24,000 bases of DNA, from NCBI GenBank assembly GCA_041641295.1, contig JBEPYO010000001.1, forward strand, positions 879,777 to 903,776, read 5' to 3'. Positions 16,856-24,000 of the stretch are shown in pieces. Position 1 is the first letter of the stretch. Every line of letters starts with the position of its first letter. The notes below the pieces were generated by a model. That model searched no databases and had not been told where the DNA came from. It was given only the letters and a program-made list of their open reading frames with translations. Source of the DNA: Nitrososphaerota archaeon (GTDB lineage Archaea; Thermoproteota; Nitrososphaeria_A; Caldarchaeales; Calditenuaceae). A program made the translations under genes and the position numbers.

Positions 16856-17302
16856 TTGTGGCTTCGTGATGAATGGCTGGTGGCTAGGGTTAGTCTTAGC
16901 AGGCTTGAGGCAGTCTACCTCGTCGAGCTCCATAAAATGGCTGATGGGGGGCGTACTGGGACTAGCGCTCTTGCTGCTAGGTTTGGTGTAAGGGAGGCGA
17001 GTGTGGTGGATGTGGTTAAGAGGCTTGAGGAGAAGGGACTGGTTGTGAGGGAGCCGTGGAGGTCGATATCTCTGACTAGGCGGGGAGAGTCTCTAGCCGA
17101 GCAGCTCATACACAACCACCGCGTCATAGAGACATATTTCCACAGGGTCCTCAACCTCCCAGCCCAGCTCGCATGTAGCGAGGCCCAGAAACTCGACAGC
17201 ATCTTGAGTTGGAGGACAATAGCCTCGATGTGCCGCGCCCTAAACCACCCAAAAACATGCATACACGGCGAAGAGATAAAACACTATAAGCGGTGTAGGT
17301 AG
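16856..17302 (+). CDS. DtxR/MntR-like metal-dependent transcriptional regulator
   Basis: 148 aa: LEAVYLVELHKMADGGRTGTSALAARFGVREASVVDVVKRLEEKGLVVREPWRSISLTRRGESLAEQLIHNHRVIETYF. Confidence 0.8.
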   Translation: MWLRDEWLVARVSLSRLEAVYLVELHKMADGGRTGTSALAARFGVREASVVDVVKRLEEKGLVVREPWRSISLTRRGESLAEQLIHNHRVIETYFHRVLNLPAQLACSEAQKLDSILSWRTIASMCRALNHPKTCIHGEEIKHYKRCR

Positions 17303-17308
17303 AGCCGA

Positions 17309-18343
17309 CTATTGTACCACCTTTCTGAGGCGGCGAGGCCTGTCAGGGTCAAGCCCCTTCTCCAGCGCAGTATAATAGGCGAGGAGCTGGAATGGGACAA
17401 CCTCGACCGCCGTCGCAAACACATGGGCTATCTTCGGAAGAGAAAGGTCGGCACCCAGCCCCCCACCCTCATGAGAGAGCATCAAGGTCTGTGAATCCGC
17501 CGACACAGCCTCGGCGGCCACCTTCTCGAAGACCTCCAAATAGTCGCCGGGCTCCGGCGGTGCTATGAATATGCAGGCGGCATCGCTGTCGAGTAGGGAG
17601 ATGGGGCCGTGCCTGAACTCGCCTATTGAGTAGGCCTCCGCATGTATTCCGCAGGTCTCCTTAAGTTTGAGCGATGCCTCGAGGGCCGCTATGTAGGAGG
17701 GGCCGTAGCCGAGGATAAAAGCGTGCCTAACATTCGCCAGCCTCTTGGCCTGCCTCTGCATAAGCCCTTCGGAGCGGTCTATTGTCTGTTCTAGGAGGAT
17801 GGGAAGCATGGTCAAGTCCTCCCTAACCGAGCCCGTCCTCCCCGCTCCATGCTTGGCAGAGGCTAGGCCGAGGGCGAGGGAATAGACCGCCGCCAGCTGG
17901 GCCATGAAGCTCTTAGTTGCCGGAACAGCCCTCTCCACCCCACACCTAGCCTCTACAACGTAGCGGGCCAGAGACCCAAGCGTGCTAGCCGGAACACTCG
18001 TCAAAGCTAGAACGTCAACATTCTTCGACGAGGCGAGCCTAGCGGCTCTAACCGTATCCACGGACTCGCCTGACTGCGAGATGGCAACTAGGAGGTGATC
18101 CCTCTGGAGAAAGTTGTGGATGTGCTCCGAATACTCTGAGGCCTGGACCGAGTAGGCCTCAATTCCTGCGAGCCTCGAGGCGGCGTAGCTGAGGCAGAGG
18201 CCTGCGTGATGTGAAGAACCACTACTGCATGTTACGAGACACCTATACCTTGAACTTATCTCGCCCCAGAGACCATCTATCGCGCTGAGAGCCTCAAGTG
18301 TCTCACGAAAGACAGCAGGCCCCTCGCGGATCTCTCGTATCAT
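17309..18343 (-). CDS. SIS-domain phosphosugar isomerase/deaminase (GlmS C-terminal-like)
   Basis: MIREIREGPAVFRETLE...CSSGSSHHAGLCLSYAASRLAGIEAYSVQASEYSEHIHNFLQRDHLLVAISQSGESVDTVRAAR...CGIHAEAYSIGEFRHGPISLLD; start adjusted from 18361 to the internal ATG. Confidence 0.9.
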   Translation of the reverse strand: MIREIREGPAVFRETLEALSAIDGLWGEISSRYRCLVTCSSGSSHHAGLCLSYAASRLAGIEAYSVQASEYSEHIHNFLQRDHLLVAISQSGESVDTVRAARLASSKNVDVLALTSVPASTLGSLARYVVEARCGVERAVPATKSFMAQLAAVYSLALGLASAKHGAGRTGSVREDLTMLPILLEQTIDRSEGLMQRQAKRLANVRHAFILGYGPSYIAALEASLKLKETCGIHAEAYSIGEFRHGPISLLDSDAACIFIAPPEPGDYLEVFEKVAAEAVSADSQTLMLSHEGGGLGADLSLPKIAHVFATAVEVVPFQLLAYYTALEKGLDPDRPRRLRKVVQ

Positions 18344-18408
18344 GTGGTGGCTGGCCGTCAACCCCTCCTCACTACCAGCGCCTCACCCTGCCCTTAAAGG
18401 GTTGTTGG

Positions 18409-19533
18409 TCATCGCCGCGTCTTCCGGAACTTCTCGAGGTCCTCCTCTCTAATCGATATGCCGAGTCCGGGCCTTGTGGGAGGCTCGAACTCCCCATTAG
18501 AGTGTTTAATCGCATCTCCAGCCAACGCCTCCCTGAGCGGATTAGGCCTGAGGTGGAACTCGATGATTGGCGAGTCGATTGTGAGGGCCGTGTGAAGGCT
18601 TGCGACGAATCCTATCCCACCCGCCGAGTAGTGGGGTATCAGCGGGAGACCATAGCTCCTCGCGAGAACACCTATCCTCAACATCTCCGTTATCCCACCA
18701 TTCCAGGCCGCGTCAGCTTGGACAATATCGACGGCATATCTCGAGATAAGCTCCCTGAACTCGTGTATCGTGAAGGCGGTCTCGTAGCCTGCTATCGGCA
18801 CGTCCAGCTGCGCCGCTAGCCTCGCACTTAGCTCGGGATAATCAGTGGATATCGGCTCCTCGAAGAAAAGTATACCCAGCTTCTCCAATCCCCTCCCCAT
18901 CCTCAAGGCCTGGTTGAAGTCGTAGACATTGTTGGCGTCCACCGCGATCCCCAGCCCCTCGCCGAATCTTTCCCTCAGAGCTGAGAGGCGTTTAAGGTCT
19001 TCCTCGATGCTGAGGCCACCCACCTTAATCTTGACGGTCTTGAAGCCGCTTCTAACATATCCCTCAACCTCCTCAATAAGCCTTGGAATATCCTTGTCAG
19101 GCCTGTAGTATCCTCCCGTTATGTATCCCTTCATCTTTCTAGAGTTACCGCCGAGAAGCCTGTGAATCGGCGCCCCGAACTCCTTCCCCGCCAAGTCCCA
19201 GAGGGCTATGTCAACCCCACTCATCGCCGAGACCACTATCCCCCTCCTCCCAAGCCTGAAGGTGGCCTTGTACATCTTGTCCCAGAGATACCAGATGTTC
19301 GTCGACTCCTCACCCCTAACTATCCGGCTCAAAACACTGTTGACAGTAACCGCCACACTCTCGGGAGAGCCATAGCCTATCGCCTCGCCGAAACCCACAC
19401 CCCCATCAGAGGTCTCAACGCGTACGAGGCAAACCTCCATCGGATGCTCAGCACCACCGACGACCGCCAGAGCATCCCTCTCATAAAACTCCGTAAACTC
19501 CAAAACCTCACAACCCACACTAGCGATCTTCAA
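18409..19533 (-). CDS. Mandelate racemase/muconate lactonizing (enolase) superfamily enzyme
   Basis: 374 aa; VKIKVGG (KxK), VDANN, FFEEP, AGYET and capping-domain features. Confidence 0.92.
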   Translation of the reverse strand: MKIASVGCEVLEFTEFYERDALAVVGGAEHPMEVCLVRVETSDGGVGFGEAIGYGSPESVAVTVNSVLSRIVRGEESTNIWYLWDKMYKATFRLGRRGIVVSAMSGVDIALWDLAGKEFGAPIHRLLGGNSRKMKGYITGGYYRPDKDIPRLIEEVEGYVRSGFKTVKIKVGGLSIEEDLKRLSALRERFGEGLGIAVDANNVYDFNQALRMGRGLEKLGILFFEEPISTDYPELSARLAAQLDVPIAGYETAFTIHEFRELISRYAVDIVQADAAWNGGITEMLRIGVLARSYGLPLIPHYSAGGIGFVASLHTALTIDSPIIEFHLRPNPLREALAGDAIKHSNGEFEPPTRPGLGISIREEDLEKFRKTRR

Positions 19534-19753
19534 GACAAAGAGAGAGGTAGCACAGAGAAATTAAACATTTTCACAATCGAGTGTAACAAGCTGGTGTGTG
19601 CTTAATCCGCGTAATCAGAAGGGGTAAGAAACTTCAACATATTCTACCAGATGATAAGAACAAGAGGTGGCAGCTAGCCATGCTTAGCCAGACACTATCG
19701 GCGGTACTTAGGAAAGGCTTAAATAGGTTAAACCTCCTCCTAATGCGATAAAC

Positions 19754-20422
19754 ATGAAGTTATCAACAGCCTCAAGCCTGCTCGTAGCCTTATTACTCCT
19801 ATTCGCCCTCACTACAGCATCTGTCCAAGCCGCAACATCTAGCATAGACCTGATAGGCAGGTGGAGCACCCCCAAAGCGCTCACTTTCAAAATTGTGGCG
19901 AAGGGTGGTGTACCACAGTCAACCATCGATGCAGCAGTAAATGTCATAACTAGCACGCTAAGCGGATACCAGCAAGTAGGTGATGGGAGATTCGGCTATT
20001 TGGGTGTGAAAGGTGCTTTGGATGCAGTCGGTGGTGGCATTTCAGTAGGTGATATTGTTACAGGCAAAACACAAGCCGACATCATCGTGGAGCTCAAAAA
20101 CGGCGCTGGCTCTGTCTTGGGTCAAGCCTTCCTAAAAAGGGATAGGGTCAACTCCTTCGTAATAGTGGGCTGCACAGTGAGGATGAGTGGAAACTTGGTT
20201 TTCGGCAGCCCGCAAGAGGTTGATTTCTTCAAAACAGTCCTAAGACATGAGCTGATACACTGCCTAGGCCTCGGCCACGCGAATGATTCCAATGACCTCA
20301 TGTACGGAACCCTCAACGCCTATCCTAAGCTCATCTCAGAATGCTTGGATGTGGAAGCTCTGAAGGCGCTTTATGTCGGCGGAGTAAGTTCCCCCCAGAC
20401 GATAAATTCTAGCTGTCCGTAG
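19754..20422 (+). CDS. Secreted metzincin/matrixin-like zinc metalloprotease
   Basis: 222 aa; signal peptide MKLSTASSLLVALLLLFALTTASVQA, zinc site HELIHCLGLGHANDSNDLM with downstream Met-turn-like LMYG. Confidence 0.8.
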   Translation: MKLSTASSLLVALLLLFALTTASVQAATSSIDLIGRWSTPKALTFKIVAKGGVPQSTIDAAVNVITSTLSGYQQVGDGRFGYLGVKGALDAVGGGISVGDIVTGKTQADIIVELKNGAGSVLGQAFLKRDRVNSFVIVGCTVRMSGNLVFGSPQEVDFFKTVLRHELIHCLGLGHANDSNDLMYGTLNAYPKLISECLDVEALKALYVGGVSSPQTINSSCP

Positions 20423-20523
20423 GTATCGGCTCGCTTAGCCCTGTCTCCATATTAATGATGTTTGAGCAACCCATTTTTAGGTACCCTAGTGTAGTTTAAT
20501 ACAATAACTGACATCATAATACC

Positions 20524-20949
20524 ATGACTGACAATATATCAGCTAGTGAAATGGAAAGAGCTGTACGTAAAGTGAAAGATTCGTTCAACCGTGGCGACCT
20601 GAGTGTGATAGATGAAATCTATGACAAGGAGTTTGTCTATCATGGTAGTGGTGAGACGGCTCATTTGACGAGAGATGGGTGGACACAATTTGTCCGTGGA
20701 ATGTTGACAGCTTTTCCAGACATGCATATACAACTGGATGAGTTCTTCACCTCGGGTGATAGGCTATGCTATCGTATAACAATATCTGGAACACATAAAG
20801 GTGAGCTGTTAGGGCTGCCTCCTACAAACAGGAAGGTATCTATAAGGGCTATTGGCATCATGAAGTTTAGAGATGGGAAGATTATAGAACAGTGGGACGT
20901 CGCAGATGATCTGGGGATGCTACGCCAAGTCGGCGCAATACAAGACTAG
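20524..20949 (+). CDS. SnoaL-like / NTF2-fold ester cyclase family protein
   Basis: 141 aa: FNRGDLSVIDEIYDKEFVYHGSG...GWTQFVRGMLTAFPDMHIQLDEFFTSGDRLCYRITISGTHKGELLGLPPTNRKVSIRAIGIMKFRDGKIIEQWDVADDLGMLRQVG. Confidence 0.9.
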   Translation: MTDNISASEMERAVRKVKDSFNRGDLSVIDEIYDKEFVYHGSGETAHLTRDGWTQFVRGMLTAFPDMHIQLDEFFTSGDRLCYRITISGTHKGELLGLPPTNRKVSIRAIGIMKFRDGKIIEQWDVADDLGMLRQVGAIQD

Positions 20950-21263
20950 CTCCCACCAATTATTCCGTCCAGCCGAATCTATCTTGACAAGCTATCCGCC
21001 GCACAGATCCAAAGAAGGCTGCTGAGAGAACCTACCAGCTGGCCCTGACAGTAGCGGAGACAGAATAATTCGCCCCACGCGGCGATATACAGTCGAGATA
21101 GAAGGTTTTACGACATGTAAATACTCTTGGAAGATTTGTGGCTCCTCAAACACCAGCTATCGACATAAAACCCTACAAGCCCTGCTATCCCCCCGCCAGC
21201 CAGCAGGTCCGAGTTATCCAAAAATACCCCCAACCCCCACCAATCTACGCGGGAGACAGGGAC

Positions 21264-21338
21264 GCTCCGGTAGTATAGCCCGGTCAAGTATGCGGGCCTC
21301 TCGAGCCCGAGACCCGGGTTCAAATCCCGGCCGGAGCA
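21264..21338 (+). tRNA. tRNA-Glu(CTC)
   Basis: GCTCCGG TA ... G CGGGC CTCTCGA GCCCG AGAC CCGGG TTCAAAT CCCGG CCGGAGC A; paired acceptor, anticodon and T stems. Confidence 0.93.
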
Positions 21339-21428
21339 TACCTCCTGATTCTCATCGTTTGGCGATTTTTGCATTGCTTACGGTCTATTGGACAATACTT
21401 AACTAGGAGGCTGTAGCTTGGTTGGGAT

Positions 21429-22310
21429 ATGTGTAGGATGGTTGCGCTGAGTTTTCGCAGCGAGGCATCCGGGATTGCACTGGATGTTCTCGGACATCTC
21501 GTGGAGGCTTCGCGGAGCGATCCTTATCTACGGGAGATTGCCGGTGATGGCAGGCACTGTCACGGCTACGGATACGTTGCTGCTCTCAGGAGGAGGGGCC
21601 TCTGGAGAGTTGTGTATGAGAGGTTTGACGCTGAGCCCTCCCTGAGCGGCGAGGAGGCATGCGAAGCTAACCTCGAGGCGCTAGGCGACTGTGTTAAGCG
21701 GCTCTCACACATGATTGGCAACGTGGAGGAGGCGATGGTGATGGTTCACTCTAGGAGGACGCGGGGCGAGCCACGTGGAGTGCCGGCAGCACACCCCTTC
21801 AGAGAGGAGCTAATAATAACGGCTGAGGGAGGCCCCGAACTAGCCGAGCTCTACCTCTCACACAACGGAGGCGTCAAGAAGGAAGTTCTGGCAGCACACC
21901 TAGGCATCGAAAACTACAGGCTCTACACAGACTCACACCTCTATCTCAAATACTTGGCAAAACACCTCGAGGGCGCCAGATACGAGGAGACACCTCAACT
22001 AATCGCCCGGATAGTCTCAGAGTCCAAACCACTCACAAAATCCGCACTAGACCTCTGCATACTACTATACTCGCCAACCAAAGGCCCCATGCTTGCCGCA
22101 GCATCATACGTTGCAGAGAAGAATGACGAAAAACGCTGGCGATACTACGAGCCCGTACTCATAGAGTCCAAGGGCATCACAGGATATGTCTCAAGCACAG
22201 TAAGAGACCTAATGAGAGACAGAGAGCCCGCGACGAGGTTCATGGATGGCAGAGACGGCTTCGTCGCCGTCCTGAACCCAAACATGTTGCAGATAATAGA
22301 TTTGCAGTAG
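21429..22310 (+). CDS. Class-II glutamine amidotransferase-like (Ntn) protein
   Basis: Starts MCRMVALSF (Cys2), ...CHGYGYVAALRR..., AMVMVHSRRTRGEP...AAHPF..., LYLSHNGGVKKEV...YRLYTDSHLYLKYL. Confidence 0.85.
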   Translation: MCRMVALSFRSEASGIALDVLGHLVEASRSDPYLREIAGDGRHCHGYGYVAALRRRGLWRVVYERFDAEPSLSGEEACEANLEALGDCVKRLSHMIGNVEEAMVMVHSRRTRGEPRGVPAAHPFREELIITAEGGPELAELYLSHNGGVKKEVLAAHLGIENYRLYTDSHLYLKYLAKHLEGARYEETPQLIARIVSESKPLTKSALDLCILLYSPTKGPMLAAASYVAEKNDEKRWRYYEPVLIESKGITGYVSSTVRDLMRDREPATRFMDGRDGFVAVLNPNMLQIIDLQ

Positions 22311-22376
22311 GCATTTTTGGGTTTTGTGTGGGGGAATATTTAGGTAGCGGCTATTTTGTTGGCTTGGTAAAGGCGG

Positions 22377-23504
22377 GTGGTGTTGTCGAGGGGTCTTCGC
22401 GTTGTTTTGATGTTGGGTGTCGTAAGCCTTCTCGGCGATTTTGTCTATGAGGGTGGGCGGTCTGTATTGCCCGATTATATGAGGCAGCTGGGGATGAGTG
22501 CCCTCTTGGTTGGGAGCGTTTTGGGGTTTGCCGAGCTTGCGGGCTGGCTGGCAAGGCCGCTGGGAGGCCTAGTCGCCGATAGGACGGGGAGGTTCAGCGC
22601 CATAGTCAGGGTGGGGTATGCGGGTGTGATCGTTGTGCCATTGATGGCATTCGCCCGCGACTGGCTGGTACTCGCGCTCTTAGTCTTTGCTGAGCGCATG
22701 CTTCGGGGATTGAGGGTGCCTGCGAGGGATGCTATGCTGGCTAGGATGAGGGGGAGTGTGGGTCTTGGGACTGCGTTCGGGCTTCACGAGCTCCTCGACC
22801 AGTTTGGCGCCACTGCGGGGCCGCTGCTCGCGGCGTTAGTTCTAGTCCTCTACAGGGATACGGGGCTCGCCCTCCTATCCCTGCTCATCCCATACCTCTT
22901 CCTGCTAATCGCCCTTCTAAGAGTCCCAGAATATTCTGAGCCGCCCCAAAAGCTGTCCCACGCTAAGCCGACCAGGCAGGTATACCTCTTCTCACTTGTT
23001 GTGGGGCTGAACGCGGCAGGCCTCCTCCCCCTACCCATAATCCTGTACCTCGTCTCGCTCAGCGTGGATCAGGGCTCTTGGCTGGTCCCATTAACCTATA
23101 CCCTCGCAATGATTGTTGACGCCGTCGCGGCAATGGTGCTGGGAAGAATCTTTGACAGGGCTGGACCCCGGGTCTTGGCCTCCATACTGGTCCTTGCCGT
23201 GACACCATGCCTTTTTGTCGGGGGGAGGATTGACCTTCTGCTGCTGGCTGCGGGGCTGGTTGGGGTTGTAGTCGGAGCGCAGGAGTCGGTCTTCAGGGCG
23301 ATGGTGGCGCGCCTCGCGGTAGCGGGCGGTATAGGCGGCTCCTACGCGGTCTACGGCCTCGCAATAGGCGCGGGGAGCGCCGCAGCAGGCTTCACGTATG
23401 GATTGATGGTGGACTTGGGCCTCGGCCTCCCCTACCTCCTCGCATATTCCATAGCCGCAGAGGCCCTAGCACTCATAATATTCGCCAAGGCGATAAGCTC
23501 GTAA
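22377..23504 (+). CDS. Major facilitator superfamily transporter
   Basis: 375 aa, about 10-12 hydrophobic segments; GDFVYEGGRSVLPDYMRQLG, GRPLGGLVADRTGRFSAIVRVGYAG-like loop (LARPLGGLVADRTGRF), VPARDAMLAR. Confidence 0.88.
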   Translation: MVLSRGLRVVLMLGVVSLLGDFVYEGGRSVLPDYMRQLGMSALLVGSVLGFAELAGWLARPLGGLVADRTGRFSAIVRVGYAGVIVVPLMAFARDWLVLALLVFAERMLRGLRVPARDAMLARMRGSVGLGTAFGLHELLDQFGATAGPLLAALVLVLYRDTGLALLSLLIPYLFLLIALLRVPEYSEPPQKLSHAKPTRQVYLFSLVVGLNAAGLLPLPIILYLVSLSVDQGSWLVPLTYTLAMIVDAVAAMVLGRIFDRAGPRVLASILVLAVTPCLFVGGRIDLLLLAAGLVGVVVGAQESVFRAMVARLAVAGGIGGSYAVYGLAIGAGSAAAGFTYGLMVDLGLGLPYLLAYSIAAEALALIIFAKAISS

Positions 23505-23508
23505 TCTC

Positions 23509-23581
23509 TGGGGCCGGCCGGATTCGAACCGGCGACCTCCGCCGTGTAAGGGCGGCGTCATGGCCGCTAGACCACGGCCCC
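23509..23581 (-). tRNA. tRNA-Val(TAC)
   Basis: GGGGCCG TG GTCTAGCGGCCATGAC G CCGCC CTTACAC GGCGG AGGTC GCCGG TTCGAAT CCGGC CGGCCCC A. Confidence 0.96.
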
Positions 23582-23607
23582 TATCTATGCCAGTCTCCCG
23601 CGGCGAA

Positions 23608-24000
23608 TTAATTAATCTCTTCTCGAGGGTCTTCCTTCTTTCTCAGTTTTCCGAGCCTGCTTGGCTTTATGGTGATTTTTGCGTCTGGGTAGATTATGGT
23701 TAGTTCCTTTCCTTGGTGTATCCGGTCTAGGGCTATTGCGAGGGCGGCTATCTCGCTGTGTGGCTGGTTAGTGACTGCGACGTTGATGTCTGCGAGCTCG
23801 TAGACCTCGATGGGCACCTTGGAGGAGCCGACAACCAGTACGATGCCCCGAGTGGCGTAGGCCTCTCGAAGCTCCTCTTCCACATCCTGGATGCCGATTC
23901 CGTACATTGTGAGGTGGGCTATGTATTCGCCCTGAGCCTTCCTCTCTGCTAGGAATTTTCTCCAGTCTGGTGTGTAGCTGGCCTTGAAGCCTCCTCCCCA
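23608..24000 (-). CDS. trm56: tRNA (cytidine(56)-2'-O)-methyltransferase aTrm56, N-terminus beyond window
   Basis: Frame stays open upstream of the track's internal Met (23907): ...GGGFKASYTPDWRKFLAERKAQGEYIAHLTMYGIGIQDVEEEL... then VLVVGSSKVPIEVYELADINVAVTNQPHSEIAALAIALDRIHQGKEL, aTrm56-type SPOUT motifs. Confidence 0.85.
   Translation of the reverse strand, partial: WGGGFKASYTPDWRKFLAERKAQGEYIAHLTMYGIGIQDVEEELREAYATRGIVLVVGSSKVPIEVYELADINVAVTNQPHSEIAALAIALDRIHQGKELTIIYPDAKITIKPSRLGKLRKKEDPREEIN

Noticed and set aside
21108-21374. 88-aa minus-strand ORF overlapping tRNA-Glu
   Set aside because: It contains the tRNA antisense translation (GRDLNPG...). Only a short hydrophobic stretch upstream looks protein-like, which is insufficient for a gene call.
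6064-23540. A 17.4-kb integrated element bounded by near-identical tRNA 3' sequences (6064-6095 versus 23509-23540, 31/32 identical, same orientation)
   Set aside because: The geometry fits integrase-mediated insertion, but the interval holds core genes (cdc6, DP1, several tRNAs, malic enzyme) and no integrase. The matching part is the tRNA-conserved T arm and acceptor, and identity stops at the anticodon stem.
1-24000. CRISPR arrays, transposons, toxin-antitoxin or other defence systems
   Set aside because: No regularly spaced direct repeats, transposase signatures, Cas motifs or convincing toxin-antitoxin pairs were seen by manual reading.

Overview
This looks like an archaeal, probably hyperthermophilic, chromosomal window. 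It carries atypical tRNA genes, leaderless-style promoters, Orc1/Cdc6 and the small subunit (DP1) of family-D DNA polymerase. DP1 argues against a canonical crenarchaeote, but the lineage is inference only. Most genes are recognisable housekeeping or metabolic genes: Gfo/Idh/MocA oxidoreductase, RidA, adenylosuccinate lyase, DUF429, alpha/beta hydrolase, orc1/cdc6, DP1, APC permease, FAA hydrolase, malic enzyme, DtxR-like regulator, SIS protein, enolase-superfamily enzyme, secreted metzincin-like protease, class-II glutamine amidotransferase-like protein, MFS transporter and aTrm56. There are four complete tRNA genes: Pro(CGG) with an apparent non-canonical 33-nt intron, Trp(CCA) with a 33-nt intron, Glu(CTC) and Val(TAC). 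The points most worth a second look are: (1) a probable replication origin with inverted ORB-like elements directly upstream of the orc1/cdc6-DP1 pair; (2) an isolated but intact-looking tRNA 3' half at 6064-6099 with no 5' half nearby (split tRNA, integration scar or relic); (3) a protein-poor, highly foldable stretch at about 6311-7060 containing a TATA-preceded candidate RNA and tandem hairpins with compensatory changes, lying upstream of a free-standing LAGLIDADG endonuclease; (4) the unusual tRNA introns; and (5) a 31-aa zinc-ribbon microprotein overlapping a dehydrogenase start. I found no CRISPR array, transposase or recognisable defence system.
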